64,000 nt of DNA from Scyliorhinus canicula (Eukaryota): positions 29,253,709 to 29,317,708 of the forward strand of contig NC_052159.1 in the NCBI RefSeq assembly GCF_902713615.1. The letters run 5' to 3'. The first letter of the stretch is position 1, and the number at the start of each line of letters is the position of its first letter. Below are positions 1-12,323 of this stretch, in pieces. The notes below the pieces were generated by a model. The model searched no databases. It was not told where the DNA came from and saw only the letters and a program-made list of their open reading frames with translations. Position numbers and translations under genes: made by a program.

Positions 1-2099
1 TGTTTATTGTTGGTGGGCGTAAATTCGGGAGAAAATGTGAAAAAGGAGAATAAAAATATTTTTTTTAAAAAAGAGCCTTTGAAAGGAGGGAGGGAAGCAG
101 TAAGGCATGATTATTGAGTGGAAACATGGTGCTAGGTAAACCTCTCTGGTATCTTGAATGCTCTAAAGAGGCCCTTTCCCTACAGAATATTAACCAGATC
201 AGTTTATAAAGAAGTGTAACTATTGTCAGGAAAATAAATCTTTATGCTTGAAATCTGCCTTTGATCAAATGCATGGAGAGAAAACAAATAGTCTCCGGAG
301 GAATACTTGGTAAAATAATCATGAATTCCTTTTGATACACTTGAAAGGTTGTTTTCATGAGGTATAAAAAGGATCTATAGCACTTTTCTGTTGAACCTTT
401 ATAAATTCGGTAAGATTCCCAGTCAGTTGTGCAATATAAAATAACTTGTAATCACTGGTGTTTACAAGATTTATAACAGCAAATGGATTTACAGGTAAAT
501 GTTGACTAATTGTGCTGTTGAATTGTAAGTAGCTTGACATTTAAAATGTCTGGCATGCCGGAACTAAGTAGTGCAATATCTTGCATTTATATAACTCCTT
601 TAACATAGGAAAAGTTGAAACACTTGATAGAAGCATATCAGAGAAATATTGATCCCAAGCCCAATGGAGATATTGAAAGGGATGATCAACTTGGTTAAGG
701 GAATGGATTTTAAAAGAGGAGAAAGAGCAAAGCAGCTGATGGTGCAAATTCAAGCTTAAGGCCTAGATAGCTCAAGGTAGCTAGCTGTGCCAGAGTTGTC
801 CTGTGAACTTTATGTGCACAGTTACTTCCTATAAATGAATGTACAAATCCTGGCATTCCTTGTGAACATAGAAATGAGTTGCTTGGTCATTATAAATATA
901 AGTATAATAATGGTGCAGTTCTGATTAAAATTTCAGTTTATGATCAACCTTGTTTATTCATGCATTGCTGAGTGAGCTTTTTTTCTAGCTCATAAATTGT
1001 TGATATCTAAAACATTTTATCTAATTGTAAATTGAGCAGAACATTAAATGTAATGTTCAAATTGGCTTTCCTCTTTCAATTCGAACTTGTGTTGCCTAAA
1101 ATATTTAAAGTTCTGATCTCTGTTTATTGTTGACACACACTGTAACCAGCACTTTGGGGCACTAAATTCGCAACATTCCGAATAGACAGGCTGAATGAAA
1201 AGGGGTTGAAGAGATACAGGAACACTGGGTAACTTGTGATTACAGCCATTTGATTACTTCTAGTTACAAGTTTGAAGGGATTGCTGAGAAACGCACTAAG
1301 CTTGGAGCAGCCAAACTCAATGGGGAAAGGACACATCTATGGTCTACCTGCCATAGTATACCAAGGGGCTGGAAACTGTAACTGGAAACTGGAAGCTGGT
1401 TGTATGTTTGTCATAGAATAGATGGTATAAATCTCATATTTTAGTTGTCTTCGCTACCTCAGAGTGCCGCATGTTGAATGGCAAGAACTTAAATTGTATT
1501 GCTCTTTTGGTAATTTCCCAAAATGAACTGTTCGGAAATGTACTTTTGGTGAATAAAATATATCTATGGAAAAAAAGACTGAGCCAAATAGCCTTATTCT
1601 GTAATAAAAGCAGATCTGAAATAAATAAAATGCTAGAGAAGCTGAGATCTGGCAGAAATAGTGAACATTTTGAGCCCAGTCTGATTCTTTGGAACCTTAT
1701 AACCTTATACGGGTCCTTTTTCTGTGCTGTATGTTTACATATTCTAGTTATAAACAAATTAGGAGGTAAATTGTTACAATTGAAAATATTTTTGAAAGTC
1801 CGAGCTATTCACTGTACGAAGATGTGCAAGGTGTAAATGACAACTCTTCAAACATTTAGATTGGACTCTGCATCGGAGACAGTGTGGTTCATTTGTGGCT
1901 TGATCCCGAATGCATTTCACACCATGCAGATGTCAGCTGCTAGATCAGCGCCTAATAATCTAATCTCACTGATCTCAACCTCTAATCAGCTATCATTGCT
2001 GGAAGTTAGGGACCAAAGGACTTCTGCAGAGCCACCTGATTAGAACAAAGAACAAAGAAAATTATAGCACAGGAACAGGCCCTTCGTCCTTTCCAGCCT

Positions 2100-5021
2100 G
2101 CGCCGATCCAGATCCTTTATCTAAACCTGTCTCCTATTTTCCAATGTCTACTTCCCTCTGTTCCCGCCCATTCATATACCTGTCTAGATGCTTCTTAAAT
2201 GATGCTATCGTGCCCGCCTCTACCACCTCCGCTGGTAAAGCGTTCCAGGCACCCAGCACCCTCTGCGTAAAAAACCTTTCCACGCACATCTCCCTTAAAC
2301 TATCCCCCTCTCACCTTGAAATCATGACCCCTTGTAACTGACACCCCCACTCTTGGGAAAAGCTTGTTGCTGTCCACCCTGTCCATACCTCTCATAATTT
2401 TGTAGACCTCAATCAGGTCCCCCCTCAACCTCCGTCTTTCCAACGAAAACAATCCTAATCTACTCAACCTTTCTTCATAGCTAGCACCCTCCATACCAGG
2501 CAACATCCTGGTGAACCTCCTCTGCACCCTCTCCAAGGCATCCACATCCTTCTGGTAATGTGGCGACCAGAACTGCACGCAGTATTCCAAATGTGGCCGA
2601 ACCTATACAACTGTAACATGACCTGCCAACTCTTGTACTCAATACCCCGTCCAATGAAGGCAAGCATGCTGTATGCCTTCTTGACCACTCTATCAACCTG
2701 CGTTGCCACCTTCAGGGTACAATGGACCTGAACTCCCAGATCTCTCTGCACATCAATTTTCCCCAAGACCCTTCCATTGACCATATAGTCCACTCTTGAA
2801 TTTGATCTTCCAAAATGCATCACCTCTCATTTGCCTGGATTGAACTCCATCTGCCATTTCTCTGCCCAACTCTCCAATCTATCTATATTTTGTTGTATTC
2901 TCTGACAGTCCTCCTCGCTATCTGCAACTCCACCAATCTTAGTATCATCTGCAAACTTGCTAATCAGACCACCTATACCTTCCTCCAGGTCATTTATGTA
3001 GATCACAAACAACAGTGGTCCGAGCACGGATCCCTGTGGAACACCACTAGTCACCCTTCTCCATTTTGAGACACTCCCTTCCACCTTATCCATCTAGCTA
3101 GTACACCCTGAACCCCATACGACTTTTTCCATCAACCTGCCATGGGAAACCTTATCAAACGCTTTACTAAAGTCCATGTATACGACATCTACAGCCCTTC
3201 CCTCTTCAATTAACTTTGTCACTTCCTCAAAGAATTCTATTAGGTTTTTGTAAGACATGACCTTCCCTGCACAAAACCATGCTGCCTATCACTGATAAGT
3301 CTATTTTCTTCCATATGTGAATAGATCCTATCCCTCAGTATCTTCTCCAACAGTTTGCCTACCACTGACGTCAAGCTCACAGGTCTATAATTCCCTGGAT
3401 TATCCCTGCTACCCTTCTTAAACAAAGGGACAACATTAGCAATTCTCCAGTCCTCCGGGACCTCACCCGTGCTCAAGGATGCTGTAAAGATGTCTGTTAA
3501 GGCCCCAGCTATTTCGACCCTCGCTTCCCTCAGTAACATGGGATAGATCCCATCCGGTCCTGGGGACTTGTCCACCTTAATGTCTTTTAGAATACCCAAA
3601 ACCTCCCCCTTCCGTATGACAACTTGACCGAGAGTGTTTAAACATCCATCCCTAGCCTCAACATCCGTCTTGTCCCTCTCCTTTGTGAATACCGATGCAA
3701 AGTACTCATTAAGAATCTCACCCATTTCCTCTGAATCCACGCATAAATTCCCTCTTTTGTCTTTCAGTGGGCCAATCCTTTCTCTAGTTACCCTCTTGCT
3801 CCTTACATACGAATAAAATGCTTTGGGATTTTCCTTAACCCTGTTAGCCAAAGATATTTCATGACCCCTTTTAGCCCTCTTTATTGCGCGTTTGAGATTC
3901 GTCCTACTTTCCCGATATTCCTCCAAAGCTTCTTCAGTTTTGAGTTGCCTCGATCCTATGTATGCTTCCTTGTTCATCTTAGCTAGTCTCTCAATTTCAC
4001 CCGCCATCCATGGTTCCCTAATCTTGCCATTTCTATCTTTCATTTTCACAGGAACATGTCTGTCCTGCACTCTAATCAACCTTTCCTTAAAAGACTTCCA
4101 CATTTCAAATGTGGATTTACCCTTAAACAGCTGCTCCCAATCCACATTCCCTAGCTCCTGCCGAATTTTGTTATACTCTGCCTTTCCCCAATTTAGCACT
4201 CTTCCTTTCGGACCCCTCTTGTCCTTGTCCATGAGTATTCTAAAACTTACGGAATTGTGATCGCTATTCCCAAAGTAATCACCGACTGAAACATCAACCA
4301 CCTGGCCGGGATCATTCCCCAATACCAGGTCCAGTATGGCCCCTTCCCGAGTTGGACTATTTACATACTGCTCTAAAAAACTCTCCTGGATGCTCCTTAC
4401 AAACTCTGCTCCATCTACGCCTCCAACACTACACAAATCCCATTCAATGTTGGGGAAGTTAAAATCTCCAATCACAACCACCCTATTGCTCCTACATTTT
4501 TCTATAATCTGTCTGCATATTTGTACCTCTACTTCATGCTCGCTTTTGGGAGGCCTGTAGTAAAGTCCCAACAATGTTACTGCACCCTTCCTATTTCTCA
4601 GTTCCACCCATATTGCCTCAGTGCTCGAATCCTCCATCGTGCCCTCCTTAATCACAGCTGTGATATCATCTCTGACGAGTAAAGCAACTCCTCCACCCCT
4701 TCTACCTCCCTCTCTATCCCTCCTGAAGCATCTATACCCTGGGATATTCAGTTGCCAGTCCTGCCCTTCCCTCAACCAAGTCTCAGTAATACCAATAGCA
4801 TCATATTCCCAGGTACTGATCCAAGCCCTAAATTCATCTACCTTACCTGCTACACTTCTCGCATTAAAACAAATGCACCTCAGACCACCTTTGCGTTCAT
4901 CGTCTATTCCCTGTCTACTCTTCCCCTTAGTCACATTGAGTTTATTGCCTCGTACCTTTTTAGTCGCTGCTTCTTTACTGACCTCTAACTTTCTAATCTG
5001 GTTCCCATCCCCCTGCCACAT
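2100..5021 (-). pseudogene. CR1 ORF2 (APE endonuclease + reverse transcriptase), disrupted
   Basis: Motifs FNARS, ITETW, GDFN, SDHN, KSPGPDG, NYRPVSLTS, GVPQGSVLGP, FADD and LEYCVQFWSP are spread over ORFs 3240-5039, 2827-3093, 2464-2823 and 2300-2590. There are frameshifts and a small deletion near 3088. Confidence 0.9.
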
Positions 5022-5968
5022 TAGTTTAAAACCTCCCAAACAGTGTTAGCAAAAGCACCCCCTAGGACATTGGTTCCAGTCCTGCCCAGGTGTAGACCAT
5101 CCGGTTTGTAATGGTCCCACCGCCCCCAGAACCGGTTCCAATGTCCCAAAAATCTGAACCCCTCCCTCCTGCACCATCTCTCAAGCCACGTATTCATTCT
5201 GACTATTCTTGAATTTCTACTCTGACTGTCCCGTGGCACTGGTAGCAATCCTGAGATTACTACCTTTGAGGTCCTACTTTTTAACTTATCTCCTAACTCC
5301 CTAAATTCTGATTGTAGGACCTCATCCCTTTTTTTACCTATATCGTTGGTGCCTATATGCACCACGACAACTGGCTGTTCACCCTCCCCCTTCAGTATGT
5401 CCTGCAGCCGATCGGAGACATCCCTGACCCGAGCACCCGGGAGGCAACATACCATTCGGGAGTCTCGTTTTCGACCACAGAAACGCCTGTCTACTCCCCT
5501 TACAATTGAATCCCCTATGACTATAGCCCTGCCAGTCTTTTTCCCGCCCTTCTGTGCAGCAGAGCTAGCCACGGTGCCATGAACCTGGCTACTACTGCCT
5601 TCCCCTGGTGAGTCATCTCCCCCAACAGTATCCAAAACGGTATACCTGTTTTGGAGGGAGATGACCGCAGGGGGCACCTGCACTGCCTTCCTGCTCTTTC
5701 TCTGCCTTTTGGTCACCCATTCCCTGTCTCCGTCAGCAATCCTAATCTGCGGTGTGACCAACTCACTGAACGTGCTATCCACGACCTCCTCAGTATCGCG
5801 GCTGCTCCAAAGTGAGTCCATCCGCAGCTCCAGAGCCGTCATGCGGTCTAACAGGAGCTGCAGCTGGACACACTTCCCGCACGTGAAGAAGTCAGGGGCA
5901 TCAGCCGCGTCCCTGAACTCCCACATTGCGCACGAGGAGCATAACACGGGTCTGGGATCTCCTGCCAT
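5021..5968 (-). CDS. CR1 ORF1p: N-terminal CxxC...CxxC zinc finger/leucine zipper plus SGNH/GDSL esterase domain
   Basis: Intact 315-aa ORF with CSSC...CGKC, a Leu heptad stretch, and the SGNH blocks IGDSIVR, HIGTNDI and DGLHL. Confidence 0.9.
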   Translation of the reverse strand: MAGDPRPVLCSSCAMWEFRDAADAPDFFTCGKCVQLQLLLDRMTALELRMDSLWSSRDTEEVVDSTFSELVTPQIRIADGDREWVTKRQRKSRKAVQVPPAVISLQNRYTVLDTVGGDDSPGEGSSSQVHGTVASSAAQKGGKKTGRAIVIGDSIVRGVDRRFCGRKRDSRMVCCLPGARVRDVSDRLQDILKGEGEQPVVVVHIGTNDIGKKRDEVLQSEFRELGDKLKSRTSKVVISGLLPVPRDSQSRNSRIVRMNTWLERWCRREGFRFLGHWNRFWGRWDHYKPDGLHLGRTGTNVLGGAFANTVWEVLN

Positions 5969-6441
5969 TTTTACCCTTTACCTTAACTGATTACAAATAT
6001 AGTATCAAATAATTAATAAGTGAAAGGAATAAAGATTTTACTTACCAATCACAATACTCACCAACACATGAAGAGTTAAATTTCTCCCAGCAACTGCTAA
6101 TTGGAGCACTTTCCTTGCCAGCCAATCAGGTCACTGCTTTGCTGCGATGTCACCCTTCAAGGTAAGTTTTTAAAGAGATAAACTTACCTTCCCTTACCTT
6201 ACCTTACCTTTGGAAATAAATGACTCTCAAAGAAAAAACAAAAAATGTGAATACATGATAGGATGGTCAATATCTGTAAGTGGAAAAGGTAGATAGATTC
6301 TTTACATTCTGGGGGTGTGAAATTTGCCTACATTATTGAGCTTCAGGGCCATGTTTATTATACTTAATTCCATTCCCTCCCGGTTCGTAAAGGTACTATT
6401 GAACACGAGTGCTAAAATGAGAATATAATTTGTATACCTAC

Positions 6442-6956
6442 CAGCGCCGGCCCTAGGGTTGCTGGCGCCCCCGGCAAGCTGAACTTCGGCGCCCTTGAGG
6501 GGGGGGGGGGGGGGGCGGGGGGGGGCGGGGGGGGCGAGGGGGGGGGCGGCGGGGGGGAGGGGGCGGGGCCGAGGGGGGGGGTGGGGAGCGGGGGGGGTGG
6601 CGGGGGGGGGGGGGGGGCCGGGGGGGGCCGAGGGGGGGGGGGGGGAGGGGGGGGGGGCGGAGGGGGGGGGGGGGAGGGGGGGGGGGGCCGGGGGGGCCGA
6701 GGGGAGGGGGCGGGGCCGAGGGGGGGGTGGGGAGCGGGGGGGGGTGGCGGGGGCCGGGGGGGGCGAGGCAGGGGAGGGGGGGCGGACCCGAGGGGGGGTG
6801 GGGGGCGGACCCGAGGGGGGTGGGGGGGGGGGGGGGGGGGGGCGGACCTGGGGGAGGGCGGCCACCGCGCATGCGCGGGACCCGAGTCTCTGGCGCCCCT
6901 TAGCACATGGCGCCCCGGGCGACTGCCCGAGTTGCCGGTGCCTTGAGCCGGCCCTG
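6442..6956. mobile_element. hAT-type MITE with internal G-rich minisatellite
   Basis: TIRs CAGCGCCGGC / GCCGGCCCTG (one mismatch). Perfect 8-bp TSD ATACCTAC at 6434-6441 and 6957-6964. Confidence 0.88.
6498..6856 (+). repeat. G-rich degenerate minisatellite (GGGGCGGACCCGAGGGGG-like units)
   Basis: Long G runs interrupted by C, CGA and CCGA. This tract produces all the Gly-rich and Pro-rich ORFs at 6302-7022. Confidence 0.9.
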
Positions 6957-7946
6957 ATACCTACCACTCTGGGGCAGGTTGGTGGGGATGGCAGCGGGAT
7001 TAAAATCATCTTGGGTTTGTGAACTTGTGTACTCTTTTCAAGCTAACAGACCACAGTCATGTTTGAACTGTTGGACACTTGAGGCATCGAGAATCACAGC
7101 CATAATTGTAGGACACTTTAATTCTGCCAATATACATGGAAAATGGTGAGAAGGTGGAGGGTTCTTTGCAATCTATTCAAGATTGTTTTTTTAGTGCAAG
7201 GGATGGATTTCAAATTTTTGGCCACATAGAACACTGATTTAGTATGAAGATAATATATTCCTGTTTATCCTGTAAATTCAGTTATATTTGCATCAGAATC
7301 AAACTAGTCTGTATAGTAAAGTAGAATATGTTACACTGTTGACCTGTGACCATATTGTGATATTTAAGCTGATCACACTGAAACTTGGTTTAACGCAGTG
7401 TAATAGTTGAACGAGAAAATGTGTGCATATCTGTTTGGTTCAAGTTGGATTTTTGGCAAAGTCTTTCATAGGACAATGTTACTAGGCAGCAGGCATCTTT
7501 CCTGCATTATCCAAAGAATAGCATTGGTCGTATGGAAAGTTGTTTCGGGTCATTGAGTATATTAGACTAATTACAGTGGACTGGTGTGGAGCAATAGAGA
7601 TCCGGGTTAAGTTCTGTTCATTGTGCAATGGAGTATTTATACCTGCTCTTGTAATTGAGTTGCATATCTGGAGGTAACTTAAAAGTAGGATGCATGATGA
7701 ACGTTCTGTAGTTAAACATGAACTACATATTTTTGAAGTTTGCCTACTTACTAGTCAGTACTTTGCCTTTTATAGAGATTTCTGTTGCGTTCTGTGTTAA
7801 TATCCAGGATGTGGCTGCTTGCTCCATAAGTCAACAATTGGAAAACAAGTTCTATAGTATTTAAATGCTTGCAGCAGAAAACTGAGTGAATGGATTTAGT
7901 TTATCTAAAGCTGTACTTTCTTTCTCAGAGTTCCTAGTCTTCCAAC

Positions 7947-8016
7947 ATGAACCCTGTTTACAGCCCCGTTCAACCTGGGACTCCTTATGGAAATCCTAAG
8001 AACATGGCTTACACAG
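7947..8016 (+). CDS. FAM168A: FAM168A first coding exon (exon 7929-8016; [24 protein letters not shown])
   Basis: Acceptor tttctcag ends at 7928, ATG at 7947, donor ACAG|gtaagt after 8016. The 70 coding nt end in phase 1. The peptide nearly matches the human FAM168A N-terminus as recalled ([24 protein letters not shown]). Confidence 0.95.
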
Positions 8017-8499
8017 GTAAGTCTGTTTTATTTCAACTGTATCACGGTTCACATATCCACTTGACTTGAGGAAGCATCAGTCTTTAGTGGCATCCTGTTC
8101 TGAAAGGAAAACTGTTTAAATGAAATAACTTTGCAAACATTAGCTTGTGACTATACCCTTGGTAGCCATGGAAGTATATGCTCTTTTCTGTAGATGAATA
8201 CTAAAGACAGGATTTCTATTGTGGTTCCAATGGCTCCGTTCATGAGGATCTACTTGTGTGCTTTAACAAGTGAATCACATTCTATCACTTCAAAGTACTA
8301 ACCTTGACATCATACTATAACTGCTTCCTTGGCCATATGAATAAAAAATATTTTGCTAAAAGGTATACATTTTTGTTTACTCTTTTGTAGTGCCAGCCCA
8401 TGTTTTAGATTTTGAATTTGGCTATTGGATTCCTCTTGTTATGAACAACTGCTGTATGGACCAAGTTGATCTTGAATTTTATTTAAGACTATAACCTAA

Positions 8500-9490
8500 G
8501 AAATAGGACCATTGAGCCTCCACTATTCAATATGTGGCTAATCTCACTGAATCTCACTTTTCTGCCTGATCTCCATATTCCTTAATTCCCTGAGATCAAA
8601 AATCTATCCATATTAGTTTTCATATATTCAACAATGCATCATCCATAACCTGAGGTAAACGATTCCAAACATTCCTAATCCTTTAAGTGAGAACATTTAT
8701 CCTCTGTTCTAAAATGGTCATCCTCTTATTCTGAGACTGTGCTTCTATTCTCTAGATTCCTGAGTCAAGGAAAAGAACTGTCCACCCAGTCAGACCTTCA
8801 GAATAGTCTAATGTTTCAATGAGATCACCTCTCATTCTTTTAAACCTCGGGGATGAAAGGCTCAATTTATTCAACACCTCATCCCAGGAACCAACCTAGT
8901 GGACCTTTGCTGTACTGCCTCCATCGCAACTATATCCTTCCTGATGCCAAAGCCGCTCAAGGCATTCAGGCATGGCTTGACCATAGCCCTATACAATTGT
9001 AGCCAGCCAGATGTCCTTATTCTTGTACTGCAATCTTCGTGTAATAAGCTCAACATGCCATTTACCCCCCCCCCCCCCCCCCCCTAATTGTTTTCTGTAT
9101 CTGCTTGCTGACATGTTCCTTATAGGAGTGAATGTAGATTCCTCTGAACATTCTGATCTAAATGTTTTAACACCTTTTGAAAAATACTCTTTTTGGTTCT
9201 TACTGTCAGTCTTTAACAGTTGTTTGTGGGATGGGGTACAGTATTTCCACCATCCCACTTGAATGGCAAGGGGTTGGGAATCTAAGCAGAGTGATAAGGC
9301 TAAGAGAAACAAGGACAGTAATAAAAGAAAGGACAGTAAAATGCCAAAACGGTAGACAAGATAATCAAGCGCAGGAAGCAAATAGGGCCACAGTAGAAAG
9401 AAAAGTTAGGATGATTAAACATGGCAAAAAGTCATGGTTGAAGGCTTTGTATCATAATGCACAAAACATTTGGAAGAAGGCAAGTCCTGA
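8500..9490 (-). mobile_element. Degenerate CR1 LINE fragments
   Basis: LQLYRAMVKP...VQQRSTRLVPGMR remnant and a CR1-like 3' end near 8500. Confidence 0.65.
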
Positions 9491-10221
9491 AGATGGTTGC
9501 AGACTGGCACTTGTGTTGCATAAATGTTACTTGCCACTTGTCAGCCCAAGGCTGGATATTGTCCAAGTCTTGCTGCATTTGGACATTGACTGCTTCAGTA
9601 TCTGAGGAGTTGCGAATGGTACAGAACAGTGTGCAATCATCAGTGAACATCCCCACTTCTGACCTTGTGATGGAAGGGAGGTCATTGATGAAGCAGCTGA
9701 AGATGGTTGAGCCTAGGACACCACTCTGAGGAACTCCTGCAGTGATGTCCTGGAACATGCCCTTCAGCAACCACATTCATCTCCTTTATGCTAGATGTGA
9801 CTCCAACCAGCATCCCTCCAAATCCCATTGCCTCCAATTTTGCTCGGGCTCCTTCATGCCACACTCTGTCTTGATGTCACACTCGCCTCACCTCTGGAGT
9901 TCAGCTCTTTGGCCATGTTTGAACCAAAGCTGTACTGAGGTGAGAAACTGAGTGGCTGTGGCAGAATTCAAACTGCGTGTCAGTGAGAAGGTTATTGATG
10001 TACAAGTGCCACTTTATCACTACAGGTGACCCCTTCCACCACTCTGGTGATCAAGTGTAGGCTGATGGGGTGTAAATAGCTGTATTGCATTTGTCTTTTT
10101 GTATGCAGGACATTACTGGACAATTTTCCACATTGGCGGGTAGATGCCAGTGTTGTAACTGTACTGGAACAGTTTGGCAAGGGGCACGGCAAGTTCCGGA
10201 GCACAAGTCTTCAGTACTATT

Positions 10222-10448
10222 TTTTTTTTTTTAAATTTAGATTAGCCAATTATTTTTTCCAATTAAGGGGCAATTTAGTGTGGCCAATCCACCTACTCTG
10301 CACATTTTTGGGTTGTGGGGGCGAAACCCACGCAGACACGGGGAGAATGTGCAAACTCCACACGGACAGTGACCCAGAGCCGGGATCGAACCTGGGACCT
10401 CAGCGCCGTGAGGCGGTTGTGCTAACCACTAGGCCACCGTGCTGCCCT
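10222..10448 (-). mobile_element. HE1/V-SINE, poly(A)-tailed variant
   Basis: tRNA-like head GGGCAGCACGGTGG..GGTTCGATCCC, V-domain core, A-tail, and TSD AGTCTTCAGTACTATT at 10206-10221 and 10449-10464. Confidence 0.9.
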
Positions 10449-10612
10449 AGTCTTCAGTACTATTACCGGAATATTATCAGTTCCCATAGCTGTTGCAATG
10501 TCCAGTGCCTTCAGCTGTTCCTTTATCTTGTGTGGAGTGAATCAGATTGGCAGAAGAATGGCATCTGTGATGTCGGGAACCTCCGGAAGTAGCAGAGGTG
10601 GTTCATCTACCC

Positions 10613-11300
10613 CAGTGTTCTTCAAGGTTGGGGGCGCAACCCACGGGTGGGTCGCAGGTGGGTGTCGGGAGGGTCGCGGAGCCGTTGTCCACTGCGCTCC
10701 CGATTGCGCAAATCCCCGCGCAGCAGCCAGCTTTTCATAACGGCAGCTGCAAGCGCCTGCGAACATGTTTTTAAAAAATAAATAAAAATTTGGCTGCATT
10801 GCGCACGCCGCATGATGATCGGACACGCATGCGCAGTGCGTCTGAATTTTTTAAAACGGTTGCAGTTTTTTTTGTTTTACAAGTTCTGTAGTGATTTTTA
10901 TTCATTTATTTAATTCATTTAATTTTTATATTTTTCAGTTATTTTATTCACAAGTTCGGGGGGGTTTTATTCATTTTTTTCATTTATTTTACTCATTTAT
11001 TTATGTTTTTACAAGTTTGGGGGAGGTTTTATTTGATAAAATTTTACAGGAAAGAAATTCAGAACTTTGGACAGATGGAGACTCCATACTTTCTGATACC
11101 AGAAGGCTTCACCTTCATCCAACAGGTTCCATTGGAGGAGCGTGTACGAGGGCCAAAGGGACCCAAAACCATTTCCTCCATTTTTGTCAGCAGCAAACAA
11201 AGTAAGAGAAAATGGTGGGTCGCGCAGGTCGGTCGGCGTGGGTCGCGCCGGTCGGCCGGTTGGTAAAAATGGGTCCCCAGAAAAAGTTTGAAGAACACTG
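10613..11300. mobile_element. hAT (Charlie-like) MITE
   Basis: Perfect 13-bp TIRs CAGTGTTCTTCAA / TTGAAGAACACTG. Perfect 8-bp TSD ATCTACCC at 10605-10612 and 11301-11308. Subterminal GGGTCGC repeats at both ends. Confidence 0.92.
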
Positions 11301-11980
11301 ATCTACCCTACACTTTTGGCTGAAGATTGTTGCATTGCTTCAGCTTTATCTTTTGCACTGATGTGCTGGGTGCTCCCATCATTGAGGATGTTTGTGGAAC
11401 CTCCAGAGCATTGTTTAATTGACCATCACCATTCATGACTGGCTTAAATGTGATCCATTGGTTGTGAAATCGCTAAGCTCTATCACTTGCTGCTTCTGTT
11501 GTTTGGCATTCAAGTAGTCCTGTGTTATAACTTCACCCGGTTGACACTTCATTTTTTAGGTCTGCCTGGTGTCGCTCGCAGCAAATACTCTGCACTCTTC
11601 ATTGAACCGGGGTTGATCCCCTGTCTTGGTGGCAGTAGGGGGTATGCCAGACCATGAGGTTATAGATTATGGTTGAGTACAATTCTGCTGCTAATAGACC
11701 ACATTGCCTCATGGATGTCCAGTCTTGAGTTGCTAGGTCTTTTTGAAATCGGTCCCATTTAGCACCGTGGCTGTGCCCACAATATGATGGTGGGTATCCT
11801 CAATGTAAAGATGGGAATTTGTCTCTACAAGGACCGTGCAGAAGTCACTCCTACCAATGCTGTCATGAATGGATGCACCTACAACAGGCAGGTCGGTGAG
11901 TGATGTGATCAAGTATGCTTTTCCCTCTGTTTGTTCCTTCACCATCTGCCATAGACCCATTCTAGCAGCTATGTTCTTTA

Positions 11981-12323
11981 GGGCAGCACGGTAGCACAGT
12001 GGGTAGCACGGTTGCTTCACAGCACCGGAGTCCCAGGTTCAATTCCCTGCTTGGGTCACTATCTGTGTGGAGTCTGCACATTCTCCCCGTGTGCGTGGAT
12101 TTTGTCCTGGTGCTCTGGTTTCCTCCTACGGTCCAAAGATGTACAGATTAGGTGGATTGGCCATGCTAAATTGCCCTTAGCATCCACAATTGCTCTTAGT
12201 GTTGGTGGGGTTATGAGGATAGAGTGGAGGTCTGGGCTTGGGTAGGGTGCTCTCTCCAAGAGCCCATGCAGACTCGATGGACCGAATGGCCTCCTTCTGC
12301 ACTCTAAATTCTACAATCTATGA
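11981..12323 (+). mobile_element. HE1/V-SINE, CR1-tailed
   Basis: Head GGGCAGCACGGTAGC, core GGTTTCCTCC..GGTGGATTGGCCATGCTAAATTGCCC, tail ATGGCCTCCTTCTGCACT..ATTCTA. Confidence 0.9.

Larger units (their letters stand above)
2043..6210 (-). mobile_element. CR1-clade LINE (HER1-like), near full length
   Basis: 3' tail of (TTTGTTC)-type repeats at 2043-2058, ORF2 with APE endonuclease and RT, ORF1 with esterase, and a 5' UTR ending in AAGGT repeats near 6180-6210. No TSD seen. Confidence 0.93.

Noticed and set aside
5021-5968. SGNH esterase as a captured host gene or novel system
   Set aside because: Esterase-containing ORF1 proteins are an established feature of CR1/L2 LINEs.
6302-7022. Long Pro-rich and Gly-rich ORFs on both strands (formin/extensin-like)
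   Set aside because: They are translations of the G-run minisatellite inside a TSD-flanked MITE. Stops are absent only because of base composition.
11981-12060. tRNA-like A and B boxes here and at other SINE heads
   Set aside because: These are SINE heads continuing into V-core or tail sequence, not tRNA genes.
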